Source: Candidatus Limnocylindrales bacterium
GTDB lineage: Bacteria > Chloroflexota > Limnocylindria > Limnocylindrales > CSP1-4
Reading direction: 5' to 3'
Length of the DNA stretch: 64,000 nucleotides
Assembly (NCBI GenBank): GCA_038214255.1
Contig: JBBQRZ010000014.1
Location: 4,843-68,842 of the forward strand
The notes under the pieces are model-generated. The model saw only the letters and a program-made list of their open reading frames with translations. It was not told where the DNA came from and did no database searches. Below, piece by piece: positions 50,288 through 60,196 of the stretch (its first letter is position 1; each line of letters opens with the position of its first letter). Made by a program: the position numbers and the translations under genes.

Positions 50288-51733
50288 ATGACGATCGTCG
50301 CCGGCGCGAAACCGCACCCCATCTACCTCGCCGGCCGCTGGGTCGATTCGCCCGACCCCCTCGAGGTCACCAATCCGGCCGATCCGTCCACCCCGGCCGG
50401 CTCGACCTTCCACGCCACGGAGGCGCAGTACGAGGAGGCAGTCGAGGCCGCCGTCGCCGCCTTCGAGGTGACGCGCAAGCTCCCGGCGTACGAGCGCGGC
50501 CGGATCCTGCGCGAGATCAGCGGCGGTATCAAGGCACGCCGTGAGGAGCTCGGCCGCCTCATCGCCCTCGAGGCCGGGAAGCCGATCCGCGACGCGTTGA
50601 CCGAGGTGGACCGCGCGGTCCTGACCTTCCGCCTGGGCGCCGAGGAAGCCGAGCGAATGGTCGGCGAGGTCATCCCGCTCGATCTCATGGCCTCGTCGAA
50701 GGACCGGGTGGGCATCACCCGACGGTTCCCGATCGGGCCGATCGCCGGCATCAGTCCGTTCAACTTCCCGCTCAATCTCGCCGCCCACAAGGTCGCTCCG
50801 GCGATCGCGAGCGGCAATCCGATCGTGCTCAAGCCGCCGTCCAAGGACCCGCTCACGATGCTGACCGTGGCCGAGATCATCGAAGCGGCCGGCCCGCCCC
50901 AGGGCGCCGTCAGCATCCTGCCGATGACCCGCGAGCTCGGCGACCGCATGGTCTCCGACGACCGGTTCAAGCTGCTCTCGTTCACCGGCAGTCCGTCGGT
51001 CGGCTGGCGGATGAAGGAGCGGGCGGGCAAGAAGCGCGTCGTGCTCGAGCTCGGCGGCAATGCCGGGGTCATCATCGACCGCTCGGCGGATCTGGACTGG
51101 GCGGTCAAGCGGACGCTCGTCGGAGCCTTCGCGTACGCCGGCCAGGTGTGCATCAGCGTCCAGCGGATGTTCGTCCACGAGGCCGTCTGGGACGCGTTCC
51201 TCGCCAAGTTCCTCGACGGGGTCAAGGCGATCAAGCTCGGCGATCCACTCGACCCGACGACCGACGTCGGTCCGATGGTCGATGCGCATGCCGCCGAGCG
51301 GACGCAGCGCTGGGTCGACGAAGCCATCGCGATGGGCGGCCGGGCCCTGGCCGGCGGCACGGCCGATGGCACGTTCTTCGCGCCGACGGTCCTCGTCGAT
51401 GTGCCGCTGGCGGCCCAGGTCTGCAGCAACGAAGCGTTCGCCCCGCTCGTCGTGGCGTTCAAGTTCCACGACCTCGACGAGGCGATCGCGGGCGTGAACG
51501 ACTCGATGTTCGGCCTTCAGACCGGCGTCTTCACGAACGACCTGGCCGGGGCATGGCGGTCGTTCTCAGAGCTCGAGGTCGGCGGCGTGATCATCAACGA
51601 CATCCCGACGTACCGGATCGACCACATGCCCTACGGCGGGGTCAAGGATTCCGGGCAAGGTCGCGAGGGGCTGCGCTGGTCGATGGAGGACATGACCGAG
51701 CTCCGGATCATGGTGCTGGCCCAGCCGAGCTGA
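50288..51733 (+). CDS. Aldehyde dehydrogenase family protein
   Basis: PFNFPLNL, FTGS, LELGGN, GQVCIS, EAFAP, PYGGVKDSG. Confidence 0.93.
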   Translation: MTIVAGAKPHPIYLAGRWVDSPDPLEVTNPADPSTPAGSTFHATEAQYEEAVEAAVAAFEVTRKLPAYERGRILREISGGIKARREELGRLIALEAGKPIRDALTEVDRAVLTFRLGAEEAERMVGEVIPLDLMASSKDRVGITRRFPIGPIAGISPFNFPLNLAAHKVAPAIASGNPIVLKPPSKDPLTMLTVAEIIEAAGPPQGAVSILPMTRELGDRMVSDDRFKLLSFTGSPSVGWRMKERAGKKRVVLELGGNAGVIIDRSADLDWAVKRTLVGAFAYAGQVCISVQRMFVHEAVWDAFLAKFLDGVKAIKLGDPLDPTTDVGPMVDAHAAERTQRWVDEAIAMGGRALAGGTADGTFFAPTVLVDVPLAAQVCSNEAFAPLVVAFKFHDLDEAIAGVNDSMFGLQTGVFTNDLAGAWRSFSELEVGGVIINDIPTYRIDHMPYGGVKDSGQGREGLRWSMEDMTELRIMVLAQPS

Positions 51734-51804
51734 GCGTCCGTCTCGCGTCCCGCGGCCCGCGACGTCCGCGTCGGCGTGGCCAGCCGGTCGGCATGCTTGG
51801 CGGC

Positions 51805-52983
51805 GTGAACCTCACGCTGACCGCGGCCCAGTCCGAGCTCCAGGCCCGGGCGCGCACGTTCGTTCGGGACGTGCTCCAGCCGATCGAGATCGAGTTCGAG
51901 CGCGCCAATGGCCGGCTGCTATCCGAGGTGCGAGCCCGCATCCGCGATGCATCGATCGCGGCGGGCCTCGTCGGGGGGTCGCTCCCGCGCGACTCGGGCG
52001 GGCAGGGCTGGTCGATGCTCGAGCAGGTGCTCGTCCATGAGCAGCTGGGCCAGACGACCGGCGGGCTGTGGTCGTTCATCCCGGGCGCCTACAACGCACT
52101 GATCCACTGCTCCCCGGAACAGCGGGCACGCTACCTCGACCCGAGCCTGCGCGGCGAGCGGTTCGGGAGCTACGCGGTCACGGAGCCGGGGGCCGGCTCG
52201 GACGCCCGCGCGCTCGCGGCGACCGCGGTCCGCGACGGCGCTACGGGCGAGTACGTCCTCAACGGCGAGAAGTGGTTCGTGACGGGGCCGCCGGATGAGA
52301 CCGACTTCATGATCTTTCACTGCCTCGTCGAGGACGGCACGGAACGACGCCCGACGCTGTTCCTCGTCGATTACGACGCCCCCGGGGTGACGATGCAGCA
52401 CGACCCCGACTACATGCACACCTTCGCTGACCGCCATCCGCAATTCGTCCTCGCGGATGTCCGCGTGCCGGCGTCGGCCGTACTCGGAGGGATCGGACGC
52501 GCCGACGAGCTGACGAACGACTGGTTCGTCGAGGAGCGGATCCACATCGGTGCGCGCTGCACCGGCGCGATGCAACGTCTCCTCACCATGGCCGTCGACT
52601 GGGGGACGAACCGGGTCCAGTTCGGCGAGCGGATCTTCGACTTCCAGGGCGTGTCCTTCCCGCTGGCCGATTCGGCGGCCGACGCGTCGGCGGCGCGGCT
52701 ACTCACCCGCGAGGCCGCCGTGCTCGCGGACGCCGGCGCCGACCCGAAGGTCGTCCACGCGAAGGCGTCGCTGGCCAAGCTGTTCGCCTCGGAGGCTGCA
52801 TTCCGCTGCGCCGATCGAGTCGTCCAGGTCTTCGGCGGTCGTGGCTACATGCGCGACAACGCGGCGGAACGGTTCTTCCGCGAGCTGCGCGTCGACCGGA
52901 TCTGGGAAGGGACCTCGGAGATCCAGCGACTGATCATCGCGCGCGCCATGGAGAAGCGCGGCGTCGACCGGGTGGTCGGATGA
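51805..52983 (+). CDS. Acyl-CoA dehydrogenase
   Basis: TEPGAGSD, LNGEKWFVT, RVQFG, QVFGGRGY, RIWEGTSEIQR. GTG start at 51805. Confidence 0.92.
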   Translation: MNLTLTAAQSELQARARTFVRDVLQPIEIEFERANGRLLSEVRARIRDASIAAGLVGGSLPRDSGGQGWSMLEQVLVHEQLGQTTGGLWSFIPGAYNALIHCSPEQRARYLDPSLRGERFGSYAVTEPGAGSDARALAATAVRDGATGEYVLNGEKWFVTGPPDETDFMIFHCLVEDGTERRPTLFLVDYDAPGVTMQHDPDYMHTFADRHPQFVLADVRVPASAVLGGIGRADELTNDWFVEERIHIGARCTGAMQRLLTMAVDWGTNRVQFGERIFDFQGVSFPLADSAADASAARLLTREAAVLADAGADPKVVHAKASLAKLFASEAAFRCADRVVQVFGGRGYMRDNAAERFFRELRVDRIWEGTSEIQRLIIARAMEKRGVDRVVG

Positions 52984-55172
52984 CGGGCTCGATCGATCTC
53001 CGGCCGTTGTTCGCGCCGCGCTCGATCGCGGTCGTCGGGGCCTCGCCGCGCAGCTGGATCGCCGGGACCGTCCGGGACAACCTGCGCGCCATGGGATCGG
53101 CGACGCGCTGTCACTTCGTCAATCCCCGGTACGACGAGCTCCATGGCCAGCCATGCTACCCGAGCCTGGAGGCCCTCCCCGAGCGGCCGGACATCGCCCT
53201 CGTGGCGCTCAACCCGTTGCGGGCCGCCATCGTCACGGCCGATGCGGCCGCAGCCGGCGTCCCGGCGGTGATCATCCCCGGCGGCGGGGTCGTCGAGGGT
53301 GGCGTGGCCGCGGCCGCGATGCAGGCCGAGGTCGCCGACATCGCCCGTCGGCACGGCCTGGCGCTCGTTGGGCCGAACTGCATGGGCGTCGTCGACCTCA
53401 CGACCAACAGCGCGACGTACATCGGGGACGTGTCGCTCCACCTGCCCCGCGGCGGCGTCGCGGGCATCGCCCAATCGGGCTCCGTGACGGACGCGTTCAT
53501 CCACTCGGGCTCGCGGGTCGGCTTCAGCCGGGTCATCAGCTGCGGGTCGGAGGTCGTCCTCGACGTCTGCGACTACCTCGCCTACTGCCTCGACGACCCC
53601 GAGACAAGGTCGGTCATCCTGTTCGTGGAGGGCTTCAAGCGGCCCGAACGGTTTCTGGCCCTCGCCGATCGCGCGCTCGAGCTCGGCAAGCCGATCATGG
53701 CGGTCAAGGTCGGACGGAGCGACCAGGCGCAGGCCGCCGCCGTCGCCCATTCCGGCTCCCTCGCCGGGGAGGCGCGCGTCACGGATGCGGCGCTCGATGC
53801 GGCCGGCGTCATCCGCTGCGGCGACCTCGACGAGCTGCTCGAGACCGCCGAGCTGGTCGAAGGCGTGCGCCGCACCGGACGGGGCGTCGGTCGTGGCCGG
53901 ACCGGGGTGGTCACCGTATCGACCGGCGAGGCGTCGCTCATCGCCGACCTCGTGCCGCGCACCGGCCTCGACCTGCCGCCGATCCCGGCGGCCGCCCGCG
54001 ACCAGATCCTCGAGCACCTTCCGACGATGGGCTACATCGGCAATCCACTCGACCCCTGGGGCGCGGCGGACCCCCCGACCGCCTACGGCGCGGCGTACGA
54101 GGCGTTGGCGGCCTCGGGCGCCTACGACGTCCTCGTGCTCGTTCACGATTTCCCGTATCGCTCGATGCCGGCCGAGGTCGCCACCGCGAACGACGTCACG
54201 TTCCAGCTGCTCGCGGCGACGCGCGATCGGCCGGAGCTGCTGCCTGTTTACGTCTCACTGACCTCGGGCGAGCACCCGGCGGAGACGAAGGCCGTGCTCG
54301 ACGACCATGGCGACGGGGCGCCGTTGCTGCGCGGCGCGCTCGAGGCGTTCACCGCGATCGCATCGCTCGCCCGGTGGGAGTTGCGCCGGGCGCGGCGGCA
54401 GGCCCGGGGGCCGTGGCGGGCCGGCTGGCCGGCACTCGCCGCTGACCGGACGTCCTACGGCGAGGAGCCGCTCATCCCGATCGCCGCGCCGGTCCCGGAT
54501 GCCGGCCGCGTGCTGGCCGAGCGGGAGAGTCTCGAGCTGCTCCGCTCGGCGGGTCTGTCGGTCACCGCCGCGATCGCGGTCCCCGATGCCGAGGCCGCCG
54601 TCGAGGCCGCACGTCCCCTCGGTGGACACGCCGTCGCGCTCAAGCTCGATGCCGAGGGGATGGCCCACAAGAGCGACCTCGGCGGCGTCCTGCTCGACCT
54701 CGTCGGCGACGACGCGATCCGCTCGGCCGCCCAGGAGCTGCTGGCGCTCGGCCGCCGTCATGGCCTGGCGATGCGGGGCCTGTTGCTCGAGCCGATGGCG
54801 GATCCCGGGGTCGAGCTGATCGTCGGCCTGCGGCGCGACCCCTCCTTCGGCGCGGTCCTCGTCGTCGGGCTCGGCGGCGTGCTTGCCGAGGTGCTCGACG
54901 ACGTCAGCATCCGCCTGGCGCCGGTCCCGCCCGAGGAAGCGTTGGCGATGCTCGATGAGCTGCGCGCGAGCCGGATCCTCGACGGCGCGCGCGGTCGACC
55001 GCCGATCGATCGAGCGTCGATCGCCGATCTGATCGTCGCGTTGTCGACCTTCGCCGAGGAGCACCCCGAGATCGACGAGGTGGACCTCAATCCCGTGATC
55101 GCCTCGGCGAGCGGTGCCCTCGCGGCCGACGCGCTCGTCGTCTACGGTCCGGCCGACGGCGCGGTCGCCTGA
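52980..55172 (+). CDS. ADP-forming acyl-CoA synthetase (acetate--CoA ligase family, alpha-beta fusion)
   Basis: PRSIAVVGAS, GPNCMG, QSGS, phospho-His AHSGSLAG, HKSDLGGV, EVDLNP. Confidence 0.9.
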   Translation: MTGSIDLRPLFAPRSIAVVGASPRSWIAGTVRDNLRAMGSATRCHFVNPRYDELHGQPCYPSLEALPERPDIALVALNPLRAAIVTADAAAAGVPAVIIPGGGVVEGGVAAAAMQAEVADIARRHGLALVGPNCMGVVDLTTNSATYIGDVSLHLPRGGVAGIAQSGSVTDAFIHSGSRVGFSRVISCGSEVVLDVCDYLAYCLDDPETRSVILFVEGFKRPERFLALADRALELGKPIMAVKVGRSDQAQAAAVAHSGSLAGEARVTDAALDAAGVIRCGDLDELLETAELVEGVRRTGRGVGRGRTGVVTVSTGEASLIADLVPRTGLDLPPIPAAARDQILEHLPTMGYIGNPLDPWGAADPPTAYGAAYEALAASGAYDVLVLVHDFPYRSMPAEVATANDVTFQLLAATRDRPELLPVYVSLTSGEHPAETKAVLDDHGDGAPLLRGALEAFTAIASLARWELRRARRQARGPWRAGWPALAADRTSYGEEPLIPIAAPVPDAGRVLAERESLELLRSAGLSVTAAIAVPDAEAAVEAARPLGGHAVALKLDAEGMAHKSDLGGVLLDLVGDDAIRSAAQELLALGRRHGLAMRGLLLEPMADPGVELIVGLRRDPSFGAVLVVGLGGVLAEVLDDVSIRLAPVPPEEALAMLDELRASRILDGARGRPPIDRASIADLIVALSTFAEEHPEIDEVDLNPVIASASGALAADALVVYGPADGAVA

Positions 55173-56032
55173 TGGCCGAGGATCGCGTCCTCTCGACCGT
55201 GGCGACCTCCTGGGGCGTGCGGCTGGTCCTTGACCGTCCGAAGAAGCTCAATGCGCTCAACGGCGCGCTCGTGGCGGCGCTGACCGGCGCGCTCGACGCG
55301 GCCGAGGCGGACCCCGAGATCCGGGTCATCGTGATCGAGGGCGCGGGCCGAGCATTCAGTGCCGGCTACGACCTGACCGAGGAGGCCGAGGGCGCCAGCG
55401 GCGGGCCGGCGGCGTGGCGTGATCTGCTCGCCGCGGATGTCGCGACGACCCTCCGCCTGCTGGACTCGCCCAAGCCGGTCATCGCCCAGGTGCACGGGTA
55501 CGCCCTGGCGGGCGGTCTCGAGCTCGCGATGGCCTGCGACCTCATCGTCGCGGCCGAAGGCACCCAGCTCGGCGAACCCGAGATCCGCTACGGGTCCGCC
55601 CCCGTGACTTTGCTCATGCCGTATCTCATCGGCCAGAAGAAGACGCGCGAGCTGCTCCTGACCGGCGACCTCATCGACGCGGCGGAGGCCGAGCGGATCG
55701 GACTCGTCAATCGGGTCGTGCCCGTCGACCGGCTCGTGGCCGAGGTGGACGCCTTGGCCGATCGGCTGGCCCGGACGCCACCCGAGGTGATGGGCCTCAC
55801 GAAGCGGATGCTCAACCGCGCGATGGACGCCGCCGGGTTCCGGGAAGCCGTCGAGGCGGGCATCGATCTCGGCGCGATCATCAACGCGGCCGACACGCCG
55901 GAGCAGCGCGAGTGGGACGCGATCGTTCGCCGCGACGGCCTGCGCGCGGCCCTCGCCTGGCGCGATCAGCGCTACGACGACCGGCTGGCCGATCGGGGTC
56001 GCCGCCGGGAGGATGCCGACCCGGGCGCTTGA
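55172..56032 (+). CDS. Enoyl-CoA hydratase/isomerase family protein
   Basis: RPKKLNAL, FSAGYDL, GGLELAMACD, EPEI. Confidence 0.9.
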   Translation: MAEDRVLSTVATSWGVRLVLDRPKKLNALNGALVAALTGALDAAEADPEIRVIVIEGAGRAFSAGYDLTEEAEGASGGPAAWRDLLAADVATTLRLLDSPKPVIAQVHGYALAGGLELAMACDLIVAAEGTQLGEPEIRYGSAPVTLLMPYLIGQKKTRELLLTGDLIDAAEAERIGLVNRVVPVDRLVAEVDALADRLARTPPEVMGLTKRMLNRAMDAAGFREAVEAGIDLGAIINAADTPEQREWDAIVRRDGLRAALAWRDQRYDDRLADRGRRREDADPGA

Positions 56033-56145
56033 CGTCGCTGCCGGATCCCCTTGACGGGCCCGCTCGTTCGGCGGCTGCCCGGCCCTCCCCTGAATTGGTG
56101 CGCCGATGCAACGGCCGTTTCGAGCGCTCCGGCTAGGATGGGGGC

Positions 56146-57330
56146 ATGAACGGGCCGAAGCGAGCGGTCGGGGGTCGCGCCCTCGCCGCCGCTCTCCTCC
56201 TGGTCGCCGCACTCGTGCTGATCCTCGCGGTCGGCACCGGCCGGAATCCCGTCTCGCCCCCGCCCTCCTCGTCCACCGGCACGGCGTCCACCGTCCCGTC
56301 GACCACGGCGTCGGCGAGTGCGTCGAGCTCGGAATCGCCGTCGCCGACGTCGGCGACGCCATCGACGCCGGGCGATTCACCCGCCGCCTCGGTCACCTGG
56401 ACCAAGGTCACGCCGTCAGGCCCCGTCCCTGCACCCCGCGAGGGTCAGACCTGGACGGTCGATCCGTCGAGCGCGGTGGCGTACCTGTTCGGGGGCCGCG
56501 GCTCGGCGGACCTGAACGACTTGTGGGCCTACGACCTGACCGCGGACGGCTGGACGCGACTCGCCCCGAAGGGCGCCCTCCCGGCCGCCCGGGCCGACCA
56601 CGTCGCGGCGTGGATCGACGGCCTCGGTCTCGTCGTCGCCGGTGGACGGAGCGGCAGCAAGGTGCTCGACGACCTGTGGGCCTATGACCCGTCGGCCAAC
56701 GCGTGGCGGACGCTCGCGACGAGCGGGCCACGGCCGGCGGCCTTCGCCGGGAGCTGCGCCGTAGTGACCCCGGACGGTCGCCTGTGGATCACCGGCGGGC
56801 GGACGACCGGGGGCACATACGTCGCTGCCACCTGGGCGTACGACCCCGGCCCCTCGACCTGGACCAAGCAGATCGTGCTCGGCGGCAACCCCCAACCGGC
56901 GCCTCGTGACGGCGCGGCGTGCTGGTGGACGAGCGACGGCGCGCTGGCCGTCTATGGCGGTCGATCGGCAGCGGCCCCCGCACTGGGGGACTTGTGGACC
57001 TTCGACAACGCCGCAAAGGGAGGCACGTGGACGCCGCATGGCTCGGCCCCGCTGCCGCCACGGGCCCGCGCCGCCGTCGGGGGGTCGAACGCGATCGTCG
57101 CCGTCGGGGGACTCGGGGCTGACGGGAAGCCGCGCGCCGACGCCACGAGCTTCGACCCGCGCACCCTGGCCGCGACCACGCTGGGGACGAGCGGCACCGC
57201 AGGTTCGGCGCCCGAGGCGAGCAGCGGAGCGTCACTAGTCGACGATCCCGAGAGCGAGCGCGAGCTGGTGTTCGGCGGGCGCGGATCGTCGGGCCTGAGC
57301 TCGGAGGTCTGGGCCCTCACGCTCCCCTGA
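56146..57330 (+). CDS. Membrane-anchored or secreted Kelch-repeat beta-propeller protein
   Basis: N-terminal TM, S/T/P linker, six GG...DLW-type Kelch blades. Confidence 0.85.
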   Translation: MNGPKRAVGGRALAAALLLVAALVLILAVGTGRNPVSPPPSSSTGTASTVPSTTASASASSSESPSPTSATPSTPGDSPAASVTWTKVTPSGPVPAPREGQTWTVDPSSAVAYLFGGRGSADLNDLWAYDLTADGWTRLAPKGALPAARADHVAAWIDGLGLVVAGGRSGSKVLDDLWAYDPSANAWRTLATSGPRPAAFAGSCAVVTPDGRLWITGGRTTGGTYVAATWAYDPGPSTWTKQIVLGGNPQPAPRDGAACWWTSDGALAVYGGRSAAAPALGDLWTFDNAAKGGTWTPHGSAPLPPRARAAVGGSNAIVAVGGLGADGKPRADATSFDPRTLAATTLGTSGTAGSAPEASSGASLVDDPESERELVFGGRGSSGLSSEVWALTLP

Positions 57331-57341
57331 CGGGGCGTGGT

Positions 57342-58958
57342 TCAGGCCGGCGAATCCCCGCGTCGCAGCGCTGGCCGGCTCTTGCCGTTCGGGGGCCTGC
57401 CATTCGCGGTCGTGCCATTGGCCGAGCGGGCGCCATTGGCGGCACCGCCGTCGGGCGCCCCGGTGGTCGCCGCGAGCGGGGCGCGCAGCGCGATGTAGGC
57501 CGCCGAACCCGCCAGGGCGAGCAGGATCCACAGGTAGCGTTCATAGGCGAGGTGCAGGAAGATCCCGGTCGTGAGGTAGGCGGTCACCGCCAGGATGAAG
57601 GCCGTCGCCATGCCTGCATACTCCGGCGCGAGGACTCGGCACCGTCGGCGCGCCTTCTCCAGCGAGTACAGCGTCGCCGCGAAGATCCCGAAGAACGCGA
57701 TGAAGCCGAGCAGGCCGGTCTCGGCCGCGATCCCGGCATACAGGTTGTGGGCCTGGCGCGTATTGAGGTCGCTCGTGATCCCGACCTCGTCGGAATAGTC
57801 GGCGTAATAGACCGGGAAGAGGCCACGGCCAACCCCGATGATCGGATGATCGGCGAAGACGAGGATGGCCGAGATGGTCTCGTTGGCTCGCTTGCGGAAT
57901 GACGGGTCCTCGCTGGCTGCTGACCCCTTGGCGCCGGTCGCGCCGCCGATCGCCTCGATCGTCAGGAGCCGGTCGAGGTAGGTCGGCTGGACGGTGAAGA
58001 GCAGGGCGATCGCGAGGCCGATCGCCACGAGCTGGCTGGGCTTGATGTAGCGCAGCCCGGCCATGAGGACGATCGTGATGGCCAGGCCGAGGGCGGCCCC
58101 GCGCGAGAACGTCAGGACGGCGCCGAAGGCGATGAACGCCGTCGCGACCGCCGCGGCGAGGCGCAGCACGCGCCGCCGCTCCCCCCACATCCGGAATAGC
58201 CCCAGCGGGATGAGCACCGTCATGATCTGCGCGTAGCGGTTCTTCTCCCCGATCGGACCGGCCAATCGCGGCTGGCCGGTCGTGTCGACCCCGTCGGTGT
58301 TGGTCCCCAGGGCGGCGTTGCTGACCTGGCTGAATCCGCCGTAATCGGAACCGAAGTTGTTGGTCGCCTGCTGATGGACGGACAGCACACCGAGGAAGCA
58401 GCCGACGGCGAGCAGGACCCACACGACCAGGCGAAGGTCTGCCAGGGAGCGGACGACGTTAGTCATGACGACGTAGACGAGCAGGCCTTCCACGATGAAG
58501 TTGGAGAAGGCGCCCATCGCCCGCTGGGGGTCCGCTGACATGCCGAAGGCCGTGCCGAGGATGACGACGATGAAGTAGCCGATCATCCATGGCAGGCCAC
58601 TGGCGATGATGATCGGCTGGCGCCGGATCACGATGTGGTACGCGAACGGCACGACCAGGAGGAGCGGGAACGTCGCGCCCGCGAAGTAGGGGATGTTGTA
58701 TTTCTGGACCGCGATGGCCGCCGCGTTGCTGTACAGGATCGCGACGACCACGAGCGTCGCGCGATCGGGCTTCACCGCGATGGCGACCGCGGCGACACCG
58801 ACAAGGATCGCCGCGATGATGATCAGCCCGCTCTCCCCGGCGAGGAGGCCGATGACGGCGGCCCCGAGGCAGATCGCGACGCTGCCGACGAGCGGACTGA
58901 TCGTCAATGTCCGACCCGTCGCCGGCGCGCGCTGGAGCCGCTGATCCGCCGTCGTCAT
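57342..58958 (-). CDS. O-antigen ligase / Wzy-like polysaccharide polymerase
   Basis: Multi-TM; RLAGP..N, TFSRGA, HPIIGVG, AHNLY..AETGLLG. Confidence 0.85.
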   Translation of the reverse strand: MTTADQRLQRAPATGRTLTISPLVGSVAICLGAAVIGLLAGESGLIIIAAILVGVAAVAIAVKPDRATLVVVAILYSNAAAIAVQKYNIPYFAGATFPLLLVVPFAYHIVIRRQPIIIASGLPWMIGYFIVVILGTAFGMSADPQRAMGAFSNFIVEGLLVYVVMTNVVRSLADLRLVVWVLLAVGCFLGVLSVHQQATNNFGSDYGGFSQVSNAALGTNTDGVDTTGQPRLAGPIGEKNRYAQIMTVLIPLGLFRMWGERRRVLRLAAAVATAFIAFGAVLTFSRGAALGLAITIVLMAGLRYIKPSQLVAIGLAIALLFTVQPTYLDRLLTIEAIGGATGAKGSAASEDPSFRKRANETISAILVFADHPIIGVGRGLFPVYYADYSDEVGITSDLNTRQAHNLYAGIAAETGLLGFIAFFGIFAATLYSLEKARRRCRVLAPEYAGMATAFILAVTAYLTTGIFLHLAYERYLWILLALAGSAAYIALRAPLAATTGAPDGGAANGARSANGTTANGRPPNGKSRPALRRGDSPA

Positions 58959-60196
58959 GCGATCGCCTCGCCCTCGGACGGATCGGGCGATTCGAGCGGC
59001 TCGTCGGCGGGCGCGGCGAGCAGCCGTATCGCCGGTCGCGCGGGTCCGTTGGTGCGCCGCGGCACCCAGCGATCGATCCGCTCACCGCGAACGAGGTTGA
59101 GCAGCGCCTGGAGCGAGGCGACGTTGACCAGCGTGAAGTAGGCGGGGACCGCGAGCGCCGGCAGGCGCCCGAGCGGGCGCTTGGCGAGGGCGAGGCCCGC
59201 CACGGCGAGCGCGTAGCAGGCGAGCTGCCCGACCGTCGCAAGCCGGTAGAGCCAGCCCGCGCCCCAGAGCGCCGGGCTGGCGACCGCCAGCGCGATCAGC
59301 GGAAGGACGGCAGTCCGCAGCAGGACCTTGTGCCAGAACAGCTGGATCGCATACCAACCCGTGCGGCGTGGATCGAACAGACGGCGCATGAGGAAGAGGC
59401 AGCGGAACGAGCGGGTCATGATCCGCACCTTGCGGCGGAACTCGAGCTCGCTCGACGGCGCCACGGGCTCGAATGCCAGAGCATCCTCGGCGAACACGAG
59501 GCGCTTCCCGTCGTCGACGACGCGCATCGTATCGAGCATGTCGTCGGTGACCCCCTCGGGGATCGGCCCGAAGTGCTCGCGGCGCAGGGCATAGATCGCG
59601 CCGGTCCCGCTCGTCACGCTACCGGCGGCCGACTGGGCGATCTTGAGCCGTCGGTCGAAGTCCCAGTAGCCACGCTCGCCGAGCTCGGTCGCGTCGGCCT
59701 CGCCCTCGTGCAGGTAGACCTGGTTGCCGGCCACGCCGCCAACCTCGGGATCCGCGAAGGGACGAACGAGCGCGCGCACCGCGTCGGGTGCGTAGTGGCT
59801 GTTCGCGTCGGAGAACACGAGGATCTCCCCGGTCGACGCGGCCACGGCCGCCTCGAGGGCCGCTCCCTTCCCGACGCGGCCGGGGGCGATGAGGCGCACC
59901 CCCCGGTCGGCGTACGAGGCGACGATCGCATCGGTTCCGTCGGTCGAGCCGTCCGAGACGATCACGACCTCGAGGGACTCGGGCGGGTAGTCGAGGGCCA
60001 GCAGGTTCTCGATCCGTTCGCCGATCACGCCGGCCTCGTTGTGCGCCGCGATGACGACGCTGACCGGCGGCGTGATGTCGGCCGCCAGGTGGGGGCGCCG
60101 CAGCAACCGCGCACGAAGCAGGGTGAGGGCGGGCAGCCCCACGTACGTCGCGCCGAGCACAACCGCGGCCGTCCAGAAGATCGCCTGTCGGATCAA
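58955..60196 (-). CDS. Glycosyltransferase family 2
   Basis: SVVIAAHNE, SDGSTDGT, GKGAAL, FSDAN, GAIYA, RRKVR. TTG start overlaps the upstream stop. Confidence 0.9.
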   Translation of the reverse strand: MIRQAIFWTAAVVLGATYVGLPALTLLRARLLRRPHLAADITPPVSVVIAAHNEAGVIGERIENLLALDYPPESLEVVIVSDGSTDGTDAIVASYADRGVRLIAPGRVGKGAALEAAVAASTGEILVFSDANSHYAPDAVRALVRPFADPEVGGVAGNQVYLHEGEADATELGERGYWDFDRRLKIAQSAAGSVTSGTGAIYALRREHFGPIPEGVTDDMLDTMRVVDDGKRLVFAEDALAFEPVAPSSELEFRRKVRIMTRSFRCLFLMRRLFDPRRTGWYAIQLFWHKVLLRTAVLPLIALAVASPALWGAGWLYRLATVGQLACYALAVAGLALAKRPLGRLPALAVPAYFTLVNVASLQALLNLVRGERIDRWVPRRTNGPARPAIRLLAAPADEPLESPDPSEGEAIA

